Positions 52,501 to 63,848 of a stretch of 63,848 nucleotides of DNA are shown piece by piece (position 1 is the stretch's first letter; the number at the start of each line of letters is the position of its first letter). Both the position numbers and the translations under genes were made by a program. The stretch is taken from positions 39,834 through 103,681 of the forward strand of contig MU619324.1 of NCBI GenBank assembly GCA_025201805.1, in the 5' to 3' direction. The DNA comes from Parasitella parasitica NRRL 2501 (taxonomy: Eukaryota; Fungi; Mucoromycota). The notes beneath the pieces are model-generated. The model did no database searches, was not told the origin of the DNA, and was given only the letters and a program-made list of their open reading frames with translations.

Positions 52501-54206
52501 TTGTATACCCAGGAATCTTGGATCATAGGCAACTGTATCACGCAGGTGCTGATCACAAAGAATAAATCAAACAGGTTTGTTTTTGCAGACCAAAAGCTCA
52601 TCCAGCTGGTAGCACCCACCATCCTCAACAAGATTTCGAGGGCAAATACAAACGTAAAGGCAGTTTCTGCGTTATCAACCAACTCTAGCAGGGATTCACT
52701 GGCATAGAAGGATCTCATGCACATGAATACCAGATCAAACAAGACAAGAAAGCCTCCAAAATAAAAAAAGAGCCGGCTCTTGACCATCCTGACAATCCAC
52801 CATCTTAGTTTGAGTCGAGTTACGCCTTTGCCAAGATCGTCGGGTGGGTTATCAAACATCCATATGGCTTCATCATCCAGCCCTTCGGCATCCCGCAGAA
52901 CAGGGTTCCCTTTTTTCTTTGCAGTAAATGCACTTGCTGCACTTTCGGCGCGTACACGTGCAAATGCCGAAGTAACAACAGCTACAAATAAAATAAAAAT
53001 AAAAAAAAAAACAAATCAGTCATCCATGCATAGATTTTCGATTGTGCGAAATGCATGCTTACCAAATAGCAAAAAAGTGAGGACAAACGCAATGATGTAC
53101 ACCCCTAGACAGTAGTACAATGCAGCCACGGTGGAATCAGCTTCTTGTGTCTGATACATCAAGTCTGTCCATAACTCCAGCGACACAAAAGTATACACGT
53201 TCAAAAACGAGAAAAAAATGTTATCGAAATTGACGTATCCAAAGTTGGGATTGTTTTCAGGGTTTTCTATGCATATCTGACCAGCAGCACATAGGTTGCC
53301 ATGATACCCGGGATAGCTTGATTCGCCCGTTTCCATATTATATGCTCCTAGAACTGTTGTGTCGTTCATGTAGCCTGAGCAGTACATGGCCGGTTCAACC
53401 AACTGCAGCGAACTGTCGGCTGCTGTGTAGTAGCATCTCCGCGAAAAGACCCCTTGGAACGAAATCAATCCAACAAGAGCAAATAACAGCAGAAAAAAGA
53501 AGATCAGTCCTGATACAGCTAATAGTAGGTCCCAGCTTGTCTCTAGAGATTTCAAAATGACCTGTTGTAGATATTATACGGTATGAATACAACCACACAC
53601 ACACACACACACACACACACATGACGTTTAGATCAAAATAGTTTTGAGACTTACCGCTGTACCACGCAACATTGATAGTAGTCGAAGTGGACGCAATGAT
53701 GCCAGCGACTTGAACAATGAAAGATATGGGTACTTGTACACCATCACTATCAAATCAGCCCAATAGCCGATGATGGAAACAGTGTCAAATGCGTTTCCAA
53801 AGCTATTCAGAAAGGCGTAGTGGTTTCTCTTCCAGTCCTTGTTGATTTCATCCTGGTCCTCTTGATCCGCAAATGGCAGTTTGGGCGGACTAGGTGGTAT
53901 AATTAGCCCATAAGCAATAATTTTGCAGATGACCTCAATGCTGTAGCAAAACGTCAGAATAAACGAAAAAAAAAAAAAAATAAAAAAAATAAAAAAAAAA
54001 GATACAAAAATGGGATATTTTACCTATAAAGGGATTGGATGCATAATATTGGGTAATGTGTCCATTGCCCACCAAACTCTGACTTTTCCTGATTTGTTGC
54101 AACTGAGACGCATGCAAGCAAGAACCAGTGGAGTATCATTAGGAAAAACACGATGGTCTCCACATAACTTGAAACAGATTGCATTAGTTGGTTAAAGTCA
54201 TTGTTA

Positions 54207-54251
<45 letters not shown>

Positions 54252-55601
54252 AACATACCTTTTACGTATAAATTTCCAAACATGGATGCGAAATTTATTT
54301 GTTGGGCTAAATACACAGAGTGAATATCCTTGCAAAGGGTTTGGTAGAATTTCGTCTGATAGTGATAGTGGGTTTTTGAGAGCAGTCGTTTTGATGGGCT
54401 GTGCATCATTGACTACGGTGTGCAGTGATGGCGGTTTTCTTTCGTCGTTGAATGAGGGAGACATGGATTCGTAGTCGGGTTCGCTCGCCTTTTCGCCTAG
54501 ACTGGATGCCATGGAGAGCCAGGAGAATCGATTGTTTTTGTTTGTTGTGGTGGTGGTTGCTGTTGCAGGTGTCATAATGTGACAAGACGCTAGCTCTGGT
54601 GGAGACGTTGATTTTTCATTCATAACAACAGAGGGGGTATCAGTTTTGTCATTACTGGCTGTCCTGGAGAAGACATCAAACAGCTCTTTATCAGATATCT
54701 CTTTTGATTCAGGTGCTCTAGAATTGACAACTCGGTTGACAGCATGAAAAAGGAAATCCAGCAGAAAGTACTTGCTCTTCTGCTCATCGCTTCTGCTTAA
54801 ATGCTGATCCGGCCGTTCATAGTACGGGGTGGCATGACGCTGTCCGTATTGACGGTCCATATAACGGTGGTTTGCGCTGTAGGCTCGCATAGATACGCTG
54901 TTTCTGATTGATGATCCACTCACTGACGTCCCAGAAGTTTGGTGGTGGTTGCTGGATGAATAGCGATGGTGGTGATGGTGGCCCTTTGAAGAGCCTGATG
55001 TGCTCGACCTGAATGCATCCAGGTCGAAGCTCCATTCGCTATGATGCTGAGATGATGGACTAAACGCTGATTTTTCGGGTTCACTTCGGTTTGAGGATGA
55101 TAAACGGGATGAACTTGGACGACGGGATCGCAGGCCAGCCGCCGAAGAAAAACCATGGTTATCGTTTGGTGTAGAGATACCTAAGCCTGCTGTCACTCGT
55201 TCATCCACTGCACTGCTAGTAGAAAAGTCAGTGAAGCGCTGTTGATGCTGATGCTGATGCTGCTGCTGCTGCTGGTGGTGTCTGTGCTTTTCTTTCTGAG
55301 AAAGCAGTTTGTCTAGTTTGTTTTTTCGCTGCAGCAAGTCCTTTGTCAACGGCAACGGCGAGGGCATTGGAGATGGTGAGACAACGGTTGACGAAGCGGG
55401 GGGAGATGACTTATGAGGCGCTGACTTGGGGGACAAAGCATGCGGTGAGCGGGTATCTATGCTGTCTGCATCAGACTCTTGAGTGGGTGGTTTTGTCAAT
55501 ATGATTTGTGGGATGGTAATCTCGTTGTGCGCCTGTGCATTTGCAGGTGGAGAATTCGTCGCAGTGTCCTTTTTATCAGACATTGTGTCGGATTCTGCCA
55601 T
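47906..55601 (-). CDS. CCH1: Voltage-gated calcium channel alpha subunit Cch1
   Basis: Four 6-TM repeats with S4 segments (SLRPLRLL, LRLYRL, RSLRILRLIR) and pore loops SLELW, TSERW, STEGW, TGEAW; many introns; last exon approximate. Confidence 0.93.
49491..49556. repeat. 66-nt poly(A/T) tract inside a CCH1 intron
   Basis: Homopolymer immediately upstream of an acceptor (TGTAATAG) on the minus strand. Confidence 0.9.
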
Positions 55602-56928
55602 CGTCTATCGTTGGCTCTGATTTAGCGTTAAAGAAAAAGTGAAAGAGAATAGAAGAAAAAAAAAAAAAAAAGAGTGCCACCGCGGGATGTAATAAATGAA
55701 GTGAGAAGGGGAACATGTTTGATATTCGCCGTCGGATTCTCAACAGCTGAAGCAGCTTCCTACTGCAAAAACACACGTGGCAGTTTGAAGCCATCGACTT
55801 GTTGTAGAGCCTCTGTAAACCTCTGGCAAGTGATCTTTATCAATCTTTAGCTCTTGCTGTTTTGTGTTGTGATTTCTGTATCACAGCAGCAGCAGCATTT
55901 GTTTCAACTCTTGATACGTTTTTTTTTCCCCTGGGCCTATGCCCTCCAAGGTCTCGGAATGAACTGATTCACAGAAGAGCAAACAGAAATGACCTTTTAA
56001 TAGATATAAACAAATGCGCGCACTTGCTTCAAATCGAGCACTGTGTAATCGACATGATGATACACCACATGGTTAAATACACAAGAGTTTTATTGCGAAA
56101 AAAACAACTGCTGTAGTATTGCAATATATTGCCAGTCGAGATATGCTTCCATTGGTTTGATAAACTTGATCTTGTGTCGTTTACTCTAGGCAGAAAGCTG
56201 TATCTCTAAATCATGTAGCCCTACTGTTTTCGGCATAATTGCACTGGTTTAAAAAACGTTTGTTTTTACATTAAATACAAAAAAAGCAGTTATAATGCAT
56301 GTATCTGTTTATAGTTGGCTGATAAAATACTTTTCTTGGAGTTAAAGTTGACCGATGCTTTATTTTGGACCAACACCTATGGTATAGGGGACGCTTGCTT
56401 TTTTTTTATTTATTTGCAAAGCAGGCAACTGCAGAATGATTGTTACGTGTTTTCCGTGCCAAGATGTCCATAATCTTCGTATACAGTAAGATTTAGCTTG
56501 AAGAAAATGAACTTATTGGCTGATCTTGGTGATCAAGTACATTCAAGAATGTAAATAAACGGGTTAAGCGAGTACGCAATGATATGCATTCATATACGAT
56601 TTCATTTCTAATAGGCACCGTAGGAGGCATGTTTCTTATGACAGCATTCTACTAGTAGCCTTATTTTACGTTGAAATCGTCTTGGAGGGGGGGGGGATGC
56701 TTTATAATAATCTTGGAAAATGGATGAATAGAGTCTGTTGGACTACATGAATAGTAAAAGAGTCAGTTGCCATGGAGATATTGTTGATCATTGTAGTTTA
56801 CTGCATGGTAAACATGCATGTGTATATATACAACTCCATCCTCTGGTAAAACCACAACTCCTTACGGTACAATGTGCTTTTTCAAAACAGTTATACAATA
56901 CTATACATATGTAATAGTATTTATTTGA

Positions 56929-57645
56929 TTAAACAACATTAAAGAAAGACTTTGATGATTCGGATCTGCTTTTGCCCAGGTGAAAGAAGATGGAGGAAAG
57001 GGCCATGGCACCAAATGAAATGACAATGATCATCAAATTCATTCCAACAACATAGATTTGGGATTGCATGGACTGTCTGATGTATTCAGCGTTTTGTCCC
57101 TTATCAACATGGTCTGAGCCATTACTATCTGACGCCATTGACCTGAAGAGCAAAATGCCTATCTTGCCACAATTTTAGTATGTCACCACTGAAGCCAAGA
57201 AAAGAAACATACCTGCGACTACCCATATCACATCAATGGCTACATAGCTTATTGAATAAATGTTGATGACACGATGCCTGTGCTTTGCCATTATGCTAGG
57301 TTTGGTGTTTGTGTTTTTAGCGTTACTGCCATTTGCTGTACTACCATAAGTTGTATTACTTTGCTCCGTTTTGCCTTGGCTCCTGCCTGTCATGATGAGG
57401 AACAACGCTAGACTAACCAAAGCTAGTAGTATGGTGCTCGAAAAAAACCAGACAGGCTGCAAACTACTATCAGAGATAGCCATAGCATCTTTCAATATCA
57501 AGCAGGATCTGATTGCGTTGTAAATGTTCACTGGTAATAAAGAGATCAAGGAAACCAAGAACACTGCTAATCCCGAGAAGGCCAAGACGACACCGAGAAC
57601 TGAACATATACCAATGGCCATTTTCCTTTGCTTTTCTACAGCCAA
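56929..57645 (-). CDS. Hypothetical multi-pass membrane protein (two adjacent hydrophobic ORFs; structure uncertain)
   Basis: About four hydrophobic helices across ORFs 57175-57645 and 56929-57153; no family recognised; may be frameshifted. Confidence 0.4.
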
Positions 57646-57858
57646 GTATCGGCGTATAATTATAATGCTCTATGATAAAGAAGAAAGAAAAGCGGAAATT
57701 CGGTTGTTGTCGTATGGAAGCTTATGTATACAGAAAATTTAAGGTTGATGCTGCGACTTCTCCTCAGGGACACAAAACGACCAAACATTGCAGAAAAAAA
57801 AAAAAAAACCTTGGTAAGGCACTGAATGATCATATAACGTCTTTATTTACACAACAGC

Positions 57859-59003
57859 TTAGATGCCTCCTCTTTTTTTCTGCTCCTCGGCCATCTTTTT
57901 AAACATTTCCATGGTAGCATTTTCTTTTGCCTTGTAGTCGTCCATTTTACTCATGATGGGCGCAAGTCGTTGTTGCCGTCTTTCTGCTTGTCGCGATTCT
58001 CTCTTTTCATTAGCTCTTCTTTCAGCAGCCAGTCTGCGTGTATCAGAGTGTTGTCAGGGGGGGGGGGATGCCTCCTTCATTTTATATGCAGTAAAGTTTA
58101 CCTTGCTTTGAAATCATCGCCTCCCATCAGCTCTTGCTCAGACAATTCAATGTCAGGACTACGCTCTCTTTTGTGATATGCATTGAGGGATCTCTTTTTA
58201 GCTAATGCTGCCTCACGGCCAATTTCTTTAGGCGCCACTTCGTCCAACATGGCTTCTTTTTTTTCATAGCTTCGTTTTGCTTCATGCCTACGGTTCAATC
58301 TATCTCTTTCATATTGGCCTTCCATGTCTTTTTTTTTTTTAGTAGTTTTTCGGGTGTGTCAAAATACTTGAAAGAGTCGATGAAAATAGTGAAACGTACC
58401 GACAACATCTGGCATAGTAGGGCCAACGGCTTTTGCTCTTCTTTTTCCAGTGATTCTGTCGTCTCCACGGCTTTGGCTTGTCATACTGTCGACATTGTCA
58501 CGAATTGTGTCCATTTCCATCTGGTCCAAATTCTTTGCAAACGACCATTTGTAAAGAGTCGTATCTGAGGCTTTTAGTTGAGCTGAATTCAAGCCCTTGT
58601 ACAGTTTTTCTAAGTACATTTCATGTTAGACACCAAAATGCAGGCAGCAGTGACACACCCCAATGTGTTACCGTCAAGTTCGTAGTCATTCCATTTTCGA
58701 ACAAACTTGCCAAAGTATCGTCGTGCTTCCTTGGAACTAAGTTCATCTAGGTATTTACGTTTTGATTCCTTTAGCCACAGCCTAAACTCGTTTGCTTTCT
58801 CGAAATAGTCGTCCTCATCGATATCTACATGCTGTTTAGTGTGAGTTTGTGTACATGGCAGCCTGCAACTCACGTTGTATGCTCTTTCTCATGGCTTCCG
58901 AAATTCTGCTGCTCTTGCTGGCCTTTTTACCATGTTCCTCATCAGATTCGTGGCGCCTTTTATGGCTCCTGCTGCTGCTGCCGTGTCTTTTAGAAGAACT
59001 CAT
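57859..59003 (-). CDS. Conserved hypothetical nuclear protein, SCI1-like
   Basis: IDEDDYFEKANEFRLWLKESKRKYLDELSSKEARRYFGKFVRKWN, LDEVAPKEIGREAALAKKR, ELMGGDDFKA; multi-exon. Confidence 0.7.
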
Positions 59004-62000
59004 ACTGCTGAAGGAGAAAAGAAGTAGTAGTTTGTAAATATTACATTTGATTCTACGGCAAGTAAATGGAAAGCAATGGATATACGGTCACATATCCTGC
59101 TGAACACATTACTGTCATCTTACAAGAGAAGATTGGGTACCGGTATGGGAAAATTGACTGCATTGATTAGCAAGGACGAGAATACGATATAGCATTTTAT
59201 AATTTATTAAACAAGTACAAACCCACCAATAAGCCTTAGATCAATTAGTTGTTGGATGTGCATCTTGTCATAGACAATTGTCGCATGAACCCAAGGAAGT
59301 TTAATCAACCCGAGTACGTTTTTCCTGAAAAAATGAAATCAAGTTTTTAGCCAACAGCCCGTCGCCATAAACATGATGATCCAGGATGCACCATTGATTG
59401 TCATCATTTACCAAGCATTCGTTGCGGTCATCATCAAGGAAAACAGCCATCATCCAACTTTTTCTTGAGACAAGGGCTGAAAGTAGAGCCGAATCAAACA
59501 TTCTTTATATGTGCACACAAAGTATTCCAATTTGCGCGATTTCAAATAATTTTGCACAGGATTCAGCTGAATTGCCATCAAGTGGATGCATCGTGTTATT
59601 GTGGGGTAAAAAATTAATTATGTGTACATGTGTTGCTGGATGAAGACAGATTTTTTTTTTATAATTATGAGCCAAGACAGAAAATAAACTGCTATCACAT
59701 ACCTTAGAGAGGAAGGGTTCAATTAGTTCAAGTGGTTATTGAGTCTTGATGTTTTATTTGGGACTAACTTTGAAGACATGAATTAAGTGTACTACTGTCA
59801 TTTTGCAGTTTTTGAAAAAATGTTAAAGTAAATGATAAAGGACATGGTAATTGTGGTAATACTTCTGATGAAAGCTAAGAATCTTCTGAAGGAAAGAGAA
59901 ATGTCTCCCTAAAAAGATTTCAAGTGGGAATTTCTATATTTAGAGAAAAATATTTATTGCTTTGTTTTGTTCATAATGAAAATAAAAAGAGAATGTGTTG
60001 TAGAATAAGCTATCTTTATGTTCAAGGTAAGCGTTAAAAAAATTTTTACGGTTATATATTGGTGATTCTGCGTTTAAATGTGTCTGTAGACTTTAGATCA
60101 AAAATCTTTAATTGAATTCAGGAACGGAGAGTAAGGTTGAAGATAACACATTTATCTCCTTGAGATTTCATAAATTTCTATACAAATAATTTTTTATGAA
60201 TGTGTGTGTTATTCTGGTGGCAGATTGCTTCCTTTTTTCTGGCATTTCCTTATACCTTCAGATGATCTGAAGCTTTTTAGTGTCGAAGGCCTTGTCAGAT
60301 AAGTACCAAGCTGGGTTCTCTATATCCAGTTGCACAGAAGAGCAGCTAGTCAAAACTATATTATCTTTTCCATAATATTGGAACGATCAAAACTGTGCGT
60401 CTTTGTAAAGCCAGCGTAGACTTTAGGCGCCTGATTTTTTTTGTGTAACATATGCGAACTTTAGTGTGTCTTTGTCAGAAAAAAGACAAAAATTGTAAGA
60501 AAACAATGTTTAGTGATCTCAAACACAAAGAAAAGTAATTCAAAGTAATGCATTAGACTATAAGACATCTTTTGAATACATGTTTTTATTGCTTAGAGCT
60601 AGTTTTTGTACTTTTCAAGTTGACATCAGATGAAGGTAGCGACTTTTTTGACTTTTTTCGGAAAATTATTCTTCAAAATTGGAGCGTGAGATTGTCAGGC
60701 CAGGCACAGACATGCAAGTATTACCATTAGAAAGCCAAGAAGCATACCATTTGAATAAACTAGTTTGAAATTGTTTTTCTCTTGATTTGGTTAAGCTATG
60801 GCTCCTCAAAGCTAACACTTTCTCCAATAAACACAATTTTTCTCTGATAGCGGAGATTTAACGCTTCCAAAACCTGGAAAGAAAAATTCCTTTAGAAACT
60901 CAATTTGGACATTTCGAAAATTTAATTCCTCCTTTGAGGCAAGATATCATCTTCCGATACTATGCGTACCACGGCTGTCAGTCTATGATAATAGCTGTAT
61001 TTTTGGGCGCTCTACACGCTGGTAACATTTTATAATCCCTGTATGCTTATGGAAGTAATTCTGTTGAGAAAACCTCAAAAGCATATAAAGAGGGAAAAGT
61101 CAATATTTTGCTTATTCAGAGCGCATTTCCAGTCTTTCAGATCAAGGAATGGTCTTTTACGATCATTTTCCTCCAATATATGCTATAGTAAAAAGTTGCA
61201 TTTTTGAGGTCAAAATCGAGATTAATGCATAATCAATGATTTTGTATGCGTGGATACAAGGAAAAAATCGAAAAAATCCGTCATTTTGCATCGAAAAAAA
61301 AATCATGCTCAAATTGCACCAAAATCATATATAATATAGTCTTTTCCCAATGGATACTACTTTTCGTGTTTTCAGGGCACTTTTGATTATAAAAATCAAT
61401 CAAAAAATGACACACAAAGCTAAAGTTCTTGTTTTTAAGCAGTAAAAAATATCCATCTGGAGATGATATCACGTCAGTATGAATTCTAGTACATGACACA
61501 GCTCTATAAAGTAAGTGTTTTTGATGCCATGAGTATATCTTTCTTCATAGTAAAATGATAAAATAGGTGTGGCACATCTTTTCTCAGAAACTTTTCAGCT
61601 TTTATCAGAAATAGAAGGTTTGTTATCAGAAACCCTAATATATATTATCACAAACACCGTGACATTTATGATTTACTTGAACGCTTTTTTCAGAGACCAT
61701 ATGAAGACTGTATATGCAGGCCAGAAAGCTACCAAAATCTGCTAACAATATTTCTATTATAATTAGTGGAACATCTTAAAGTTAGAGGAAATCTTATAAC
61801 AAGCTGAAAATCCATGACAATTAAATTCTATATTCATTGAATACGATGAATCAGGGTCATATCGTGATGAGGTTGTTCAAACCAAAATCAATTGCGGGGA
61901 GGACATAAAGCTTTCCAACTATTTGTTTTCTCGCCGGTTGCACCATTTCCCGTTTTTCTCATTCAAAAAACTTTTAGAACATACTCCACATTTTTTCGTT

Positions 62001-62449
62001 ATAGTATGTAAACCTTAGTATCAGCAACAAATACTTTTGTTGTCATTACCTTAAAGTATAACCAAAAAGAAAAGTCTCTAGTTTCATACAGACATGAGCT
62101 CGGTTTGCCATCACCCTAAGATTTATCTTTAGAGCACCATGCCACCCTCATTTGCTTATGAAAGTACGCGAACTGACTTGGCACAGTGGAACTCAGTCGT
62201 TTCAAGGAGGCTTACTATGAGGCGTTTAGACAAAATGCTGACCATTGAAATTGAAGGCTTTAACTATTAACTAAAAAAAAAAAAAAAAAAAAAGCTCAAG
62301 TTACCCAGATTTTGTGATTTAGAAAATCTAGTTTGTTGTCATTACCTTTTTGATTTCAAAATTAAAACAGGAAGAAACAGTTATTGGTGAGAAAGGAAAA
62401 ATAACAAGCTTATATCTTCTGCGACAGGGTTTCTTCGTCACTGAAGCGC

Positions 62450-62745
62450 AAATTGGTCGAACTCTTACGTGCAGAAGCACGAGAGCCAAAATGCAGTAAA
62501 TCACTGTTAGCTAAGAAGATAAACGATCAAACTAGCGGCTGGTAAATTTTGTCCGTTTTGAAAAAAAAAAAAAAATGGCGATCTCAGAAAAATACTTGGC
62601 GGTTATCTAAAAATAAATGGCGCTAATTGGAAAATGATTGGTCGTTTGTTAGCAAATGATTGTCGTTTTAGGCTAACTCAAATTGGCGTTCCTATGTATT
62701 TATCCGCACTCGCTTTGCTGTACTTCGGGCTTTGATTGGACAATA
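62450..62745 (+). promoter_or_regulatory. Promoter-like motif cluster upstream of the tandem structured units
   Basis: Several ATTGG (inverted CCAAT) boxes, two AAATGGCG motifs and a duplicated AAATGATT(G)GTCGTTT in ~300 bp, with no downstream ORF. Confidence 0.35.
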
Positions 62746-62827
62746 ATTTGATACGCCACACTTTTCGTAACGCTCTATTAATATTAATTCTCAAGCCTCC
62801 ATTAACTTTTTTTTTTTTATCTTTCTT

Positions 62828-63023
62828 AGCCTACAATGACCAATGACTAGAGGGGGCATGCGTTGCTCCCTGACGAACCCGGCAAGCCTATGGAGGAACT
62901 TTGGAAGATAGAAACTCCCGCGTCTGCTTAATCCTCTAAACTTGAAGTCTTTCCAGACTCGACACTAACCCTTCAGTTAATCTGATCGGTGGTTATTGGA
63001 TTAATATTGTCATTGTTTTGGCT
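62828..63023 (+). ncRNA. Candidate structured ncRNA, unit 1 (174-nt core 62838-63011 plus closing stem)
   Basis: Core differs from unit 2 at only 3 positions; flanks AGCC-T-ACAATGAC / GTCATTGT-TTT-GGCT pair; internal stems CAATGACTA/TGGTTATTG and GGGGGCA/TGCTCCC. Confidence 0.65.
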
Positions 63024-63236
63024 TTCATCGGATGAGTAGTAGACCAATGACTAGAGGGAGCATGCGTTGCTCCCTGACGAACCCGGCAAGCCTATGGAGG
63101 AACTTTGGAAGATAGAAACTCCCGCGTCTGCTTAATCCTCTAAACTTGAAGTCTTTCCAGACTCGACACTAACCCTTCAGTTTGTCTGATCGGTGGTTAT
63201 TGGATTAATATTGTCTATTACATACATCTGAAGAAA
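63023..63236 (+). ncRNA. Candidate structured ncRNA, unit 2 (174-nt core 63042-63215 plus closing stem)
   Basis: Flanks TTTC-A-TCGGATG-A-GTAGTAGAC / GTCTATTAC-ATA-CATCTGA-A-GAAA pair, with a sequence unrelated to the unit 1 flanks. Confidence 0.65.
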
Positions 63237-63848
63237 CTTGTTTGGCTTAAAAAAAAAATCAAAATCAGGTGACAATATAATGTGTTAACTATTTTTTCTA
63301 ATTGTTCAGTATCTGCAATTCTGTAGTGACAAGTTGGTTTCCTTCTCGCCTTTGCATAGCAGTATCTTTGTATTTAGCTTCAACTACCGCAATACTGATC
63401 TAACTCTCTGTATGGCTTCCGCCACTCTTAATTGTCTTGAGAATACTCGTTTTGATGGTGTATCTATCTATCCATATAATTAAAAAAAATGGAGCCTGCA
63501 AACTTTTTTACACGCTTCGTAAAAAAAACAGTCGCTTGAAGCTCAAGAATAAAGCAAAACAAACCTAAAACAAGAAGAAATGGAGTTAACAAATGCTTTA
63601 GTTGGTTTTTTTCAGTTCCATTCCAGTTTGTTTAAATTTCGAGAAGTTGGCATTGAGCCAAGCACATCCTCAATTTCAGAAAAATACTTTAACACGTCAG
63701 AAAATTATAAGTAAAATATGTGCGTATGAAACAAAACATGTACATTAATTTAAAATTAAAAAACTCTCTAAACAAAGTGAATAATGTCGAAATTCGGGCG
63801 AAAAAGCTTGAATCTTTCGAAATTGGACATGGTCTAACCAGCAAAGGC

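Noticed and set aside
47906-55601. U12-type introns in CCH1
   Set aside because: The donors I inspected are ordinary GT types; no RTATCCTT donor was seen.
62870-62924. Hammerhead ribozyme (CTGACGA ... GAAAC ... GTC)
   Set aside because: Core-like words are present, but stem II does not close (A opposite A) and the sequence after GTC cannot pair with the strand before CTGA.
62847-62990. Standard H/ACA or C/D snoRNA
   Set aside because: ATAGAA, ACA and CTGA occur, but there is no clear pseudouridylation pocket, no canonical RTGATGA box C, and the copies differ just upstream of the would-be D box. Not called, though not fully excluded.
62838-63215. CRISPR array (repeat-spacer-repeat with 30-nt spacer)
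   Set aside because: Repeats are 174 nt, there are only two, there are no cas genes, and the spacer is explained by base-pairing with the outer flanks.

Overview
Eukaryotic, intron-rich, AT-rich fungal DNA, most consistent with a Mucorales genome (inferred from gene content, short introns and polyQ-rich proteins). Host genes in order: NOP53 (5' partial), a CBM21 PP1 glycogen-targeting subunit, epsin, a GLI/GLIS-like C2H2 factor, YAK1, RSC9/ARID2-like, YPP1/TTC7-like, PSF2, a membrane-anchored GT5-like glycosyltransferase, a bHLH factor, a PHOSPHO1/2-type phosphatase, endonuclease III, a TBC Rab-GAP, the CCH1 calcium channel and an SCI1-like protein. There are two mobile-DNA islands (about 7.6-11.6 kb and 43.7-47.7 kb). 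Each holds a decayed Fanzor (eukaryotic TnpB-like RNA-guided nuclease) gene, a copy of the same ~1.48-kb non-coding repeat (inverted between the islands) and sequence from the same unknown pseudogene; the second Fanzor keeps a foldable candidate omegaRNA/element end. Also present: a 5'-truncated LINE with a 13-bp target-site duplication and a Mutator transposase relic. The most unexplained signal is at 62.8-63.2 kb: two near-identical 174-nt non-coding units separated by a 30-nt spacer. Each unit is closed by its own, different but self-complementary flanking stem, as expected for a processed structured-RNA cassette of unknown identity. All alignments and folds were done by eye.
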